Positions 36,444 through 49,214 of a stretch of DNA of 64,000 bases are shown here, piece after piece; position 1 is the first letter of the stretch, and the number at the start of each line of letters is the position of its first letter. The notes beneath the pieces were generated by a model, which was not told where the DNA came from, did not search any database, and saw only the letters and a list, made by a program, of their open reading frames with translations. The position numbers and the translations under genes were made by a program. Location of the stretch: the NCBI RefSeq assembly GCF_006345805.1, contig NC_043016.1:16492001-16556000 (forward strand), written 5' to 3'. The stretch is from Octopus sinensis. Taxonomy: Eukaryota.

Positions 36444-36519
36444 ACTTACATCAGATGTCCAGGAGTTTAAAAGTTCCTTCAAAGCTTGTATATCCCAGGG
36501 ATTAAAGTCCTTCACGCAG
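36444..36519 (+). CDS. ABCB8: ABCB8 coding exon 5
   Basis: (R)LTSDVQEFKSSFKACISQGLKSFTQ, near-identical to the ABCB8 motif LTTDVQEFKSSFK; phase 2-0. Confidence 0.95.
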
Positions 36520-37258
36520 GTTTGTCTAAATTATTCTTTCGTTTACTTCTTTCAGCCATTTGACTGCGGCCATGCTAGAGCACCGCTTTTCGTTGAACAA
36601 ACCGATCCACTCACCCTACAGCCCCCCACCTCACACCCGCAGGACTTGTTCTGTTGGTTCTCTTTTGCCAAACCACTAAGTGACAGGGGATGTAAACACA
36701 CCAGCATCGGTTGCCAAGTGATGTTTGGGGAACACACACACATACAAATAAATATATATATATATATATATATACGATGGGCTTCTTTTCAGTTTCTGTC
36801 TACCAAATCCACTTAAAAGGCTTTGGTCAGCCCAATGCTATAGTAGAAGACACTTGCCCAGGGGTCCATGCAGTGGGACTGAACCCAGAACCATGTGGTT
36901 GGTAAGCAAGCTACTTACCATAAAGAACGCAGAATAACATGTAACAAAAACAATTTGCAAACATATTTACATTCCCATATAACAGTTAAGAACATCACCA
37001 TTATTGTATCATGTATGCACAGAAGTGTTTGTTTGACTAGTTGCTGCTGGCTTAATTACACACGGCACAAGTTAGAGAAGGGGTGCATATTATACACAAG
37101 GTTCAGGTTTTTTAGAGGGACAGCCCCCTATAAATCCCCTGCATATTATACTCAAGGGCAGACTACACTCGAGGATTTACGGTAATTCCTTATCTCTTAA
37201 ATATAGAACTGTCTTATGTTACATCATGTTTAATTATTGTCTTATTTTATCATTTCAG

Positions 37259-37399
37259 ACAGCAGGCTGTATTGGTACTCTATTCGTACTCTCACCAAAA
37301 CTCACCTGCTTCTTACTTGGTGTTGTACCAACCCTGATAGGTGTCGGTTCTTTAATTGGTTCATTTCTGAGAATTCTATCTCGCCAAGCACAAGCTCAG
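37259..37399 (+). CDS. ABCB8: ABCB8 coding exon 6
   Basis: TAGCIGTLFVLSPKLT...GSFLRILSRQAQAQ|GTAAGA; 141 nt, phase 0-0. Confidence 0.93.
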
Positions 37400-38112
37400 G
37401 TAAGACTATATCTCACCTGTAATTAATTAATCTCTTCTACTGACAATTTGGGGCCAAAATGCTGTTTTTTTTGGTGGTGGGTGAGGTTGAAATCTCAAAC
37501 ACTGGCGCGTGAACAAAACATTCGAGCGTGTCCATTGCCAGTACTGCCAGACTGGCCCATGTGCCGGTGGCACGTAAAAGTACCAACTACACTCTTGGAG
37601 TGGTTGGTGTTAGGAAGGGCATCTAGCTGTAGAAACTCTGCCAGATCAGATTGGAGCCTGGTGCAGCCATCTGGTTTGCCAGTCCTCAGTCAAATCGTCC
37701 AACCCATGCCAGCAAGGAAAGCGGATATTAAATGATGATGATGATTCTACATCTGGATGAAGAGAGATGTATGAAGAAGTGCCACTCCCAAATAGTTGAA
37801 GGAACCCAGGGTAGAGGTAGTCCCAGGAAGACATGGGATGAGGTGGTCAAGCATGACCTTCGAACATTGGGCCTCACAGAGGCAATGACGAAAGACCGAG
37901 ATCTCTGGAGATATGCTGTAACTGCGAGCACCCGACAAATAATGTGAGTTCAAGGCTGCTTCCACACCAGCTTCGCATAGCAGCCCCAGCCCATTCAAAA
38001 GTACCTTGGATTGCAGAACGAACTGCTGGGCTTGAGGAGACCTACTGAGTCAAGTACATCAACATCAGCAATATCAAAATCAAATCAAATGGAAATTGTA
38101 GTTGTGAGCCCC

Positions 38113-38460
38113 GTGCCGGTAGCACATAAAATGCACCATCCGAACGTGGCGGATTGCAGCGCCGCCTTGATTGGCGTCCGTGCCGGTAGCACATAAAAAA
38201 CACCATCCGAACGTGGCGGATTGCAGCGCCGCCTTGACTGGCGTCCATGCGGGTGGCACATAAAAAGCACCATCCGAACGTGGCGGATTGCAGCGCCGCC
38301 TTGACTGGCGTCCATGCGGGTGGCACATAAAAAGCACCATCCAAACGTGGCAGATTGCAGCGCCGCCTTGACTGGCGTCCGTGCGGGTGGCACATAAAAA
38401 GCACCATCCGAAAGTGGCCAATGCCAGCCTCGTCTGGCATCTGTGCCGGTGGCACATAAA
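38113..38460 (+). repeat. 67-bp VNTR inside an RTE 3' UTR
   Basis: Units start at 38113, 38180, 38247, 38314 and 38381, between the RTE coding end (about 37755-37945) and the tail (to about 38625). Confidence 0.85.
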
Positions 38461-39087
38461 AAGCACCCACTACACTCACAAAGTGGTTGGCGTTAGGAAG
38501 GGCATCCAGCTGTAGAAACACTGCCAGATCAGACTGGGCCAGGTGCAGCCTTCTGGCTTCCTAGAGCCCAGTTGAACCGTAACCCATGCTAGCATGGAAA
38601 GCGGACGCTAAATGATGATGATGATATATACTAGCAGCTAAACGTGGTTTCACCCAGTCGGTTTGGATGTGGCTGTAAAACCTGCTCTGTGTAAGCATTC
38701 GACTTGTTTGGGCATGCTTACGTTAAAAAACAATTTTAGAATGATTTTTTTCTTCTGTCGAAACGCTAAAAATAACTGACCAACAAAAAATAAGCCAAAA
38801 CAAAGCCAATCAATATTCAACCAAATCAAAAAATAAACCCAAATACTAAACGAACAAAGATGGACCACCCCACTTCCATTGAGCACGCACACTCATACAC
38901 ACATTCACACCCCACCCACCCACCCATTACATACACATATATTCACACAGAGTTGAAACGCTGTTTGATGTATTTTTGCAATGTACAATTTTCATCATCC
39001 CACTACCAAATATGACATCAACCCTTCCTTCTTTATTCATCCATCACCCCTTCTTTTCTCATTCATAAACACAAGAGTATTATTATA

Positions 39088-39630
39088 AGCATAGGAGTGG
39101 CTGTGTGGTAAGTAGCTTGCTTACCAACCACATGGTTCGGGTTCAGTCCCACTGCATGGCACCTTGGCAAGTGTCTTCTGATTATCCTCAGGCTGACCAA
39201 AGCCTGTGAGTGGATTTGGTAGACGGAAAGAAAGAAGCCCATCGTATATATATTATTTAATTTAAAATAGGCATAGGAGTGGCTGTGTGATAAGTAGCTT
39301 GCTTACCAACCACATGGTTCTGGGTTCAGTCCCACTGCATTGCACCTTGGGCTGACCAAAGCCTTGTGAGTTGATTTGGTTGACGGAAACTGAAAGAAGC
39401 CTGTTGTATATATGTATATATATATGTGTGTGTTTGTCCCCCATCCGCAACATCGCTTGACAACCGATGCTGGTGTGTTTACGTCCCCGTAACTTAGCGT
39501 TCGGGAAAAGAGACCAATCGAATAAGTACTAGGCTTACAAAGAATAAATCCTGGGGTCGATTTGCTCAACTAAAGGCGGTGCTCCAGCATGGCCACAGTC
39601 AAATGACTGAAACAAGTAAAAAAGTAAAGA
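39088..39630 (+). mobile_element. Octopus-type SINE: 5' half followed by a full copy
   Basis: Two heads in tandem and one 3' half. Confidence 0.75.
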
Positions 39631-40375
39631 GTATCGTAGGTTATCTCAGTAACCTGAGAGCTATGAAAAATACAAAGCCCAGCATCACCACCAGATCATT
39701 CTACACATCTGGGTATGTGTAATTTTCACACATTCCACACAGCCGTTTGACCGTGAATCCCAAGACAAGAAAGAATCGCCCATGTCAAATTTATATGTAT
39801 ACATAGTGAAACTAAGTGAAATTTAAACCATATAATACTAAAAGTATTATCGCACATTACAATAGAGATATTATTGTTTCACTTTTGACATGTAATACCG
39901 AAACAGTATAAGAGATAAGAGATTGCTCCAGGCTCATGTTAAGCAAGAAGTTGAAAATTTGTTTGGGTCATGACACTGCATGGACCCTAAGTAAGGCATG
40001 TGTAAAATTTAAATGAAATCAGTTGGGTAGTTCTCAAGTTTTAGTGAAACACACACACATACTTTCTCAGTTTTATATACACGGACATGCAGGAAGTAAA
40101 TAGACACCTTTAATTTTCAAAATCTTTTATTCAATACGCAAAACAAACAATTGTAATGTAATCGATGGGTAGGACTACATACTCACTATTTAGTTGACAT
40201 CCCCTTTGCAGTTTTTAATTCAGAAACTCTTTTTGGCATTGAACTGATGAGACTTGTGATCATCTCTTGTGGAATTTCTGCCCACTTTCACTCAACAATC
40301 GAAACAATTCATCTTTAGGTTTAGGTTTCTTATTTCTTCACTGCCCACAAGAAGCTACACACAGAGGGGACAAAC

Positions 40376-40565
40376 AAGGACAGACAAACGGATTAAGTCG
40401 ATTACATCAACCCCAATGCATAACTGATACTTATTTAATCGACCCCAAAAGGATGTAAAGCAAGGTTGACCTCGGTGGAATTTGAACTCAGAATGTAACA
40501 GTAGATGAATTACTGCTAAGCATTTCACCCAGTGTGCTAACGTTTCTGCCAGCTCGCCACCTTTA
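40376..40565 (-). mobile_element. tRNA-derived SINE (Meta-domain-like) nested in the Tc1
   Basis: Head TGGCGAGCTGGC..GAGTTCAAATTCC and core CATCCTTTTGGGGTCGAT..AAGTA. A related 3' part is at about 57015-57150. Confidence 0.6.
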
Positions 40566-41504
40566 GATTTAGATTTCTGTCTTGTTTTCCATATAGCTCT
40601 ATCTAGTATGCTCCAAAGATTTTCAATTGGGTTCATGTCAGGAGATTGGCTCAACCGAGGAAGCTTTTTGATCCCATTTTCAGTCAGCCATTGTTGATTC
40701 CTTTTTGCTGTGTGGCATGGAGCCCCATCTTCCATGAATAAAACTCATTTTTCGTTATTTTATCATGTGAATGCACCGAAAGTAGTCCTTGCTTAAGTAT
40801 TTCGATGTATTTTTCAGAGTTTATGGTTCCAACACATTCAATCAGCTCAGAACGACCATTACTGGTGACAGCTCCCCATACCATTACAGAGATACCACCA
40901 TGTTTCACAGTTGGTTGGAGTCACTTCAAATCAAATCCTTGATTGGGAAGCCTCCAGACCCAGACATGTCCACTGTCTGAAAATAATGCAAATCTGGATA
41001 CATCTGAGAAAATCACTCTATCCCAAAATGAATTGGATTTTTGTGACATCTCCTCAGCCCATTTCTTTCTTTTCGTGATATCATTTGGTTGAAGGAGAGG
41101 TTTTCTTCTAGCTGCTCATCCATAATACCCAAACTTATGTAGATATGTAACACGCGTTCTTGGACTAACTTCTAGCTGTTTTGCAATGTCAGAAGCCTTC
41201 GAACAGGGTTCGTTTTCCACAATTCTCTTCAAACAGTGAAGCTTCCTTTCCAAGGGCCCAGGTCAGCTTGGATGAGAATCTATTGTTTCTTTTCCTTGGC
41301 TTTTGAATTGCACTATAATTCTATTAACAGTAGCAAGAGGAATTTGAAGATTTTCGGCAGTTTTTCCCTGGCTAAGACCAACCTCAGACTGCCCAATAAT
41401 ACGACCTCTTTGAAAATATACAGTTCTACTGAATTTTTTGTGCGTGGCATGGTTACTCTTCGTAAATGTTTAATATAATGGCACCTGGAATGAAAAAGAA
41501 TGAT

Positions 41505-42396
41505 TACTGTAAATTCTCAAGTATAATCCGCATTTTTTTCCCAAAATTTAAAGGTCAAAATCCCTAATGTGTTCTATATACGAGGTTAAAAATGAAAAAT
41601 ATTTTCTAAGCAATGTCCGAGTCTTTATTTGCTGTCCAGCAATGTTTATTCAGACGCATTTTGTGATGTCAGGCGTGAAAATACCTTAAGCTAAGCCCGA
41701 AAGCAATGAAGTCATAAAAGAATCATCCATAACTTGCAGTAAGCAACATTTATTAAAATAAAAGTATTCAGAACACAGAATAATATGTAACAAAAACAAT
41801 TGAAAACATATTTACATTCCCATATAACAGTTAAAAACATCACCATTATTGTGCTTAATAGTTTAGCGCTAAATAGTTCCTCCTGCTGTTTGTATTGGCA
41901 GGTTGCATCATTACCATGGCAAACGATACTTAATTAAATACCTGTATTAAATGTTTGAACTACTGTGGGTCTTTACTAGGGTTTTGTTTATAAGCAGGAC
42001 TTAAAACTGTACATTAATCTCCAATAAAACATTTTATACATTACATGCCCATAAAATGCCTCATAGATCTTATTCAGCTATGTTTAAACTTGAAGTTATA
42101 TCACATGTTGAAGAGCAGGGTAATAGGGCCGCCGGAAGAAAATTTGGTGTTGAGGAAAGCAATGTCAGGTTATGGAGAAGAAATAGAGATGAAATTAAAC
42201 AAAGATAAAGAAGGCAATAATAAAGGATGTTACCGTATACATTTTTACAAACCAAGGACGTTATATAGACCTCTTTGATTCAAGTTAGAGAAGGGGTGCG
42301 TATTATACACAAGGTTTAGGTTTTTCAGAAGTACAGCCCCTAAAAATCCCCTGCATATTATACTCAAGGGCGGACTATACTCGAGGATTTATGGTA
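41505..42396 (+). mobile_element. TA-flanked MITE (TACYGTAAAT.CTCRAGTAT TIRs); further copies at 43528-44051, 57160-57947 and a fragment near 36905-37185
   Basis: Terminal inverted repeats and shared internal sequence among copies. Confidence 0.75.
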
Positions 42397-42525
42397 CATT
42401 GTAAATTCTACACCGCTGAAAAGATACTTAAATCAGAAATTTTGAAAATTAAATGTCTCTATTTACTTTCTGCATGTTTGTGTATATAGATGTCTACTTC
42501 ATCTATTTTCTGTTCATAATTTTAG

Positions 42526-42611
42526 TCCGAGAAAGCTACAGCAGTAGCGAGTGAAGCAATTGGAAATATGAGGACTGTACGAGCTTTTTCGATGGAGAAA
42601 AGTGAAGCAGC
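42526..42611 (+). CDS. ABCB8: ABCB8 coding exon 7
   Basis: SEKATAVASEAIGNMRTVRAFSMEKSEA-GC|GTGAGT; phase 0-2. Confidence 0.93.
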
Positions 42612-44078
42612 GTGAGTATTCCTCCTCCTCATCATTTAGTATCCATTTTCCATGCTGGCATGGGTTGGACGATTGACTGAGGACTGGCGAACCAGATGGC
42701 TGCACCAGGCTCCAGTCTTGATCTGGCAGTGTTTCTACAGCTGGATGCCCTTCATAAAGCCAACCACTCCCAGAGTGTAGGGGTGCTTTTTACATGCTGC
42801 CGGCACGAGGGCCAGTCTGGTAGTAATGGCATTGATCACACTTGAATGGTGCTTTTTATGTGCCACTGGCACAGGAGCCAGTCAGGTGGCACTGGCAATG
42901 ATTACGCTTGAATGGTGCTTTTCATGTGTCACCAGCACGACAGCCAATCCATGGCGCTGGCAAGGACCACATTAGAATGTTGTTTTACACGTGCCGGTAA
43001 GGCAAAGCTAGCAACAACCACGCTCAAATGATGCTTTTCATGTGCCATCAGCATGGGAACCAATCCATGGCCCTGGCAACGATCACACTCGGACGTTTTG
43101 TTAAACATAAATAAATAAGACAAGTACATCAACATCAAAATGAAAATCAAATGGAAATTGTAGTTGTGATACCTCTGCCGGTGGCACATAAAAAGCACCG
43201 ACTACAGTCTCGGAGTGGTTGGCGTTAGGAAGTGTATCCAGCTGTAGAAACACTGACAGATCAGACTGAAGCCTGGTGCAGCCTCCTGGCTTCCCAGACC
43301 CCGGTCGAACCGTCCAACCCATGCTAGCATGGGAAACGGACGTTGGTGATAATGATGAAATAAATCTTGAAATAAAATAGTTTTGAGTTACTATCAGGTG
43401 ACTTTTGGCCAACCTTGTAATTTATGTATGAATATATGTGTTTGTATGTAAGCAAGAAAACAGACAGGACACTACTTTACTCAAATATATGGCCCTGTTT
43501 CATTTCTAGAAAAGATGTAGGCTACATTACCATAAATCCTCGAGTATGGTCCACCCTTGTGTATTATACGCAGGGGATTTTTAGGGGGCTGTCCCTCTGA
43601 AAAACCTTAACCTTGTGTATAATACGGACCCCTTCTCTAACTTGAGTTGTGCTTAATTATGCCTGCAGCACCTCGTCGAACAAACACTTCCGCGCATGCG
43701 TAATACAATAATGGTGATGTTCTTAACTGTTATATGGGAATGTAAATATGTTTGCAAATTGTTTTTGTTACATGTTATTCTGTGTTCTGAATACTTTTAT
43801 TGTAATAAATGTTGCTTTCTGCAAGTTATGGATGATTCTTTTATGACTTCATTGCTTTCAGGCTTAGCTTAAGGTATTTTCACGCCCGACATCACAAAAT
43901 GCGTCTGAATAAACATTGCTGGACAGCAAATAGAGACTCAGACATTGCTTAGAAATATTTTTCATTTTTAACCTCATATATAGTACGCATTAGGGATTTT
44001 GACCTTTAAATTTTGGGGGAAAATGCGGATTATACTCAAGGATTTACTGTATATTTTAGTATTTTCTTTATCTTTCAG

Positions 44079-44176
44079 CCTCTATAATAGAGAAATTGAA
44101 AAAAGTAAAACCCTTACTTTGCGCCTTGGTAATGGCATCGCAATATTCCAAGGACTGAGTAATATAGCTCTAAATG
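44079..44176 (+). CDS. ABCB8: ABCB8 coding exon 8
   Basis: LYNREIEKSKTLTLRLGNGIAIFQGLSNIALN-G|GTGAGT; phase 2-1. FQGLSNIA is ABCB8-typical. Confidence 0.95.
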
Positions 44177-44292
44177 GTGAGTACCCAGTTCTATGTACAT
44201 AATTCATCATCATTATTATTTAATGTCGATTGTCTTGGCTGGCATGGCTGGATTCCACATTATTTACATTTGTCCTCACCTTGTTTGTTGTT

Positions 44293-44338
44293 AATACAAC
44301 GTTTCGGCTGATATACCCTCCAGCCTTCTTCAGGTGTC
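44293..44338 (-). ncRNA. Minimal type I HHR, best-preserved copy of the tRNA-headed pLTR family
   Basis: GACAC-CUGAAGA-A-GGCUG(gaggguauau)CAGCC-GAAA-CG-UU|GUAUU, with the palindrome AACGUU. Confidence 0.62.
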
Positions 44339-44389
44339 TTAGGGAAATTTTGAAACTGGGTTCTCATTCCTAAGATATTTTTCAATGTT

Positions 44390-46779
44390 GTGATGTAGGA
44401 CAGAGATGTGTTCGCATGGATGATGGTTCACTTGCGCTAAATGAGGATGCAAAGAGAGAGGTTTGGAGACACCATTATGAAAGGATGCTGAATAAGGAAA
44501 ATGAATGGGATAAAGAGAGTCTGCCGAATGTCGACCCAGCAGAGGGACCAGCTATCCGAGTTGACCGTTCTTTGGTAACTAAGGTAACTAGAAGCATGAA
44601 GACAGGGAAGGCCCCAGGCCCATCAGGAATTACTGCAGAGATGCTCAAAATATCTGGCAGTGTCAGCTATAGCCTAGTCACCCATATAGTTAACCAGGTG
44701 ATACACGAAGGAGTCATTCCCAATGACTGGTGTAACAGCATAATAGTCAACTGCTACAAAGGTAAAGGTGATGCCCTAGATACAAGTAATTACAGAGGTA
44801 TCAAGCTGTTGGATGAGGTAATGAAGGTTATGGAGAGGGTCATAGCCCAACTGATTAGGGAGAGAGTCAACCTGGACGAGATGCAGTTCGGTTTCGTGCC
44901 AAGGAAAAGCACCACCGATGCCATATTTCTGGTGAGACAGCTGCAGGAGAAATACCTAGCCAAAGATAAACCTCTGTACCTGGCTTTCGTTGACATGCAG
45001 AAAGCCTTTGACAGGATCCCCTGATCCCTTATCTGGTGGTCAATGAGGAAACTAGGGATAGATGAATGGTTAATAAGAGCCGTGCAAACCATGTACAGGG
45101 TTGCTGTTAATAAGGTGAGGGTTGGCAACGAGTACAGTGAAGAATTCTGGGTAGAGGTAGGAGTCCACCAAGGTTCAGTCATCAGCCCCCTCCTATTTAT
45201 CATAGTCCTCCAGCCAATAACAGAGGAATTCAAGACTTGATGCCCCTGGGAGCTCCTCTATGCTGATGACCTTGCTCTAATTGCTGAGTCACTATCAGAA
45301 CTGGAGGAGAAGTTTCAGGTGTGGAAGCAAGGATTAGAATCGAAGGGCCTTAGAGTCAACCTAGCTAAAACCAAAGTCCTAATAAGTAGGAAGGTAGACA
45401 AACCACAAACGCCTTCAGGTAGATGGCCCTGCTCGATCTGTAGAAAAGGCATAGGTAGAAACTCTATAAGATGTACCCAGTATAAACTATAGACACATAA
45501 AGGGTGCAGCAATATCAAAGGAAGGCTAACTGGGAAGATGGTTTTTGTATGTGGCAGATGCTCAGGAACAATAAACACTGAAAATCTGCAGAAAACAACT
45601 TCCGTCACTTTCCAGGGGGAAAAACTAGAAGTTGTTGATAGCTTCCGTTACCTAGGTGACCAAGTCAGTAGCAGGGGTGGGTGTGCTGAAAGTGTAACTA
45701 CTAGAGTAAGAATAGCCTGGGCAAAGTTCAAAGAGCTCTTACCTCTGCTGGTGACAAAAAGCCTCTCGCTCAGAGTAAAAGGTAGACTGTATAATGCATG
45801 TGTACGAACAGCCATGCTACATGGCAGTGAAACATGGGCCATGACTGCTGAGGATATGCATAAGCTTGCAAGAAATGAAGCCAGTATGCTCCAAAGGATG
45901 TGTAATGTGTACATACTCAACAGAGTTTAAGTACCTTGAGAGAAAAGTTGGATCTGAGAAGCATCAGCTGTGGTGTGCAAGAGAGATAATTGCACTGGGA
46001 TGGTCATGTGAAGAGAATGGATGAAGATAGGTGTGTGAAAAAGTGCCAAACTCTAGCGGTTGAGGGAACCTGTGGAAGAGCTAGACCCAGGAAAACCTGG
46101 GATGAGGTGGTGAAGCACGACCTTCGAACTTTAGGCCTCACCGAGGCAATGACTAGTGACCAAGACCTTTGGAAATATGCTGTGCGTGAGAAGACCCGGC
46201 AGGACAAGTGAGTCCCTCCCATGTCCTTTGCCAGGGATGTAACCAGCCCACTTATGCATGCCTTTCCTTCCTTGGACATGCGAAGACCTGTTGAGGCAAG
46301 TGAAGTCGAAATTGAATTCGAAATCGAACCTCATCCGATGACTGGCACCCATGCCAACCTCCCTTCATTGGACACAAAACTCTGCTTGTGAAGACCTGTT
46401 GAGGCAAGTGAAATCGGAATCGAAATTGAACCAATCCTATGACTGGCACCCGGCAGTTGCCAGTGCTGCAGGACTGACTCCTGTGCAGTTGGCAAGTAGA
46501 GAAACACCGTTTTGACCCTGTGCTTGAGGAGACCTATTGAGTCAAGTACATCAACATCAAAAATCAATGGAAATTGTAGTTGTGACCCCTGTGCAGGTGG
46601 CACATAAAAAGCACCCACTACACTCAGAGAGTGGTTGATGTTAGGAAGGGCATCCAGCTGTAGAAACACTGCCAGATCAGACTGGAGCCTGGTGCAGCCT
46701 TCTGGCTTCCCAGACCCCAGTCGAACCATCCAACCCATGCTAGCAAGGAAAACGGACGTTAAACAATGATGATGATGAT
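44390..46779 (+). mobile_element. 5'-truncated RTE-clade LINE: RT domain to 3' tail
   Basis: KAPGPSG, NYRGIKLL, QFGFVP..STTDAIF, FVDMQKAFD, GVHQGSVISP, LLYADDL, a Cys/His cluster, and a (GAT)n tail; several stops. Confidence 0.93.
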
Positions 46780-46780
46780 T

Positions 46781-47062
46781 ATATGGCGTAGTGGTTAAGA
46801 GTGCAAGCTGCTAAAGCCATGATTCCAAGTTCGATTCCAGGCAGTGACCTGAATAACAACAACAACAATAATAATGATAATAATAATAACAACATTGAAA
46901 AATACCTTAGGAACGAGAACCCAGGTTCAAAATTTCCCCAAAACACCCGAAGAAGGCTGGTGGGTATATCAGTCGAAACGTGTTAACAACAAACAAGATG
47001 AAGACAAATATCTGTCAAATGTAAACAACGTAAATAATTCCTCATCTCTAAAATATAGAACT
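46781..47062 (+). mobile_element. Stand-alone tRNA-headed, HHR-bearing pLTR/SINE-like element
   Basis: A box TGGCGTAGTGG (46784), B box AGTTCGATTCC (46828), (AAC/AAT)n, a degenerate HHR at about 46942-46984, and the common 3' end. Confidence 0.72.
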
Positions 47063-48062
47063 GAATAATAATAATAATAATAACAACGACATTGAAAAAT
47101 ACCTTGTAATGTAAATAATGTTGATGCATCTTATCAAGTACAGCTCATCTCTAAAATATAGAACTGAATAATAATAATAATAATAACAACGACATTGAAA
47201 AATACCTTGTAATGTAAATAATGTTGATGCATCTTATCAAGTACAGCTAATGGACACATCTTCCAGTCCCTGGTGATATCCTCAGTGGGGCCCAACATCT
47301 GATGATCTTTCTTCACAACTTTGTCCCATGTCTTCCTGGGTCTACCCCTTCCACATGTTTTCTCTGCAATAGACATGGGGTGTAACCGGCCCAGGGCTGT
47401 GCCTCTTGATTGGCACTCATGCCAGTGGAACATTAAAAGCACATCCAAACATGGGGTGTAACCGGCCCATTATGAGTACCCCTCATTCATTGGAGAATGA
47501 ACTTTGCTTGTGAAGACCTTTTGAAGCAAGTATATACGGTTCAAAATTCCTGACGTGGCCGATGACAGTGCCGCCTGATTGGCACTCGAGCCAGTGGAAT
47601 GTTAAAAGCATATCCGAGCGTGATCGTTGCCAGTGCCACGGATTGGCTCCCGTGCCGGTGACACTTGAAAAGCACCATTTGAGCGTGATCGTTGCCAGTG
47701 CCGCCAGACTGGCTCCCGTGCAGGTTGCACGTAATAGACACCTTTTGAGTGTGGTCGTTGTCAGTACTGCCTGACTGGCCCTCATGCCGGTGGCACAAAA
47801 GCACCCACTACACTCTCAGAGTGGTTAGTGTCAGGAAGGGCATCCAGCTGTAGAAACTCTGCCAGATCAGATTGGAGCCTGGTGCAGCCTCCTGGCTTTC
47901 CATCCCTCAGTCAAACTGTCCAACCCATGCCAGCATGGAAAGCAGACATTAAACGACGATGATGATGATAAAGATTCTTTCATTGTTTGTATTACTTATT
48001 CCCTATCTTTCCACAAGGTATCTTACAATACAATCTCTTTTAAAACGTCTGTCCATTTTCAG

Positions 48063-48168
48063 GTGTTGTGTTTGGCATCTTGTTAGCTGGAGGTCACATG
48101 CTGTCTCACAATGAACTCAGCGCTGGAAACCTGATGTCTTTCCTCGTTGCTACTCAAACGATAGAAAG
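48063..48168 (+). CDS. ABCB8: ABCB8 coding exon 9
   Basis: (G)VVFGILLAGGHMLSHNELSAGNLMSFLVATQTIE-AG|GTCTGT; phase 1-2. Confidence 0.95.
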
Positions 48169-49214
48169 GTCTGTATTTATCCATCAGCATTCAGATTGCT
48201 CCTTCAAATGTTACACTTAATTTATATCGTTTTCAATTATTTATGCATTACTTCATAATATTTTTAATTACTAATTTTTAATTTTTGATTTATATTTCAA
48301 ACAAACACCATTTTGTAGTATTACTTCATATTTTTAAAAAACTACTATTCGATATATTATACAAAATTCAATTTTATATTTCTCAAGAGCAGAAGAGTTA
48401 TTTATAAATGCTTATCAATATAGGATTCCATTATGGGACAGCACTTCTGTGAAACGATCGTAAGATACTTTAAAAACTTAATTCAAAACTATTAAGCTGT
48501 CATATACATTATATATTTATACTTATAAATATTTACATATATATGGGTAGGGCAGCAGACTCGCGGTTGTAGGATCGGGGTTCCAATTCCCAGACCAATC
48601 GTTGTGAGTGTTTATTGAGCAAAAACACCTAAAGCCCCACGAAGCATGTTTTGTATACCAATATTATTATTATACTTTTCTAGTTATTTATATCCTCTGA
48701 TGAGGCCTTTGGTTATTTAAACATACAAGTATAATTTTCAATGCCTAGGACTATATTACACTGACATCTATAGGCAATATAAGTTGGATCGTCTCTCGAC
48801 CATAGGCTGAAAACAGGTGTAAGGAGCAGTTTATTTGTTTTTGTTTTTTTATTATTATTACATATTGATGTATATTGTTTTGTTCGATTTTGATGTTCCC
48901 ATTTGTATATTAATAAATAATGTGAAATTGTAATATTCGTAAGTTGATGATCGAAATGAATTGTTTTCTTCTCCATTTTCTTATTGTATATATATATATA
49001 TAGATATATATATAATATATATATTAAATATATATATATATGTATATATATAGGAAAGTGTGTTGCTGAAATGCACTTAATTTCAAAAATTCGTGAATGC
49101 TTAAAATACATTTCTTTACATATACCAAACTAGTTTCAACAATAATTTTTGTTATCAATGGTAAAAGTGCAAAAACATCATTATAAGTTTCACTGTGGAC
49201 AAATCAAAATTAAA

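Larger units (their letters stand above)
40078..42484 (-). mobile_element. Tc1-family (DD34E) transposon with both TIRs and two nested insertions
   Basis: TIRs CACGGACATGCAGGAAGTAAATAGACAC and GTCTCTATTTACTTTCTGCATGTTTGTG with TA flanks. Decayed transposase motifs: RRKPLL, VIFSD, TVKHGG.SVMVWG, EDGAPCH and SPDMNPIENLW. Confidence 0.85.

Noticed and set aside
38042-38521. Repetitive ORFs and a CRISPR-like periodicity
   Set aside because: The whole 67-bp unit repeats with no unique spacers. It is a VNTR in a eukaryotic LINE UTR, with no cas genes.
48430-48470. HHR remnants (also 4141-4165, 4811-4853 and 48696-48715)
   Set aside because: Each has only half of the motif (GAAACGATCGTA-type 3' part, or CUGAUGA alone), and the core or stems cannot be completed.
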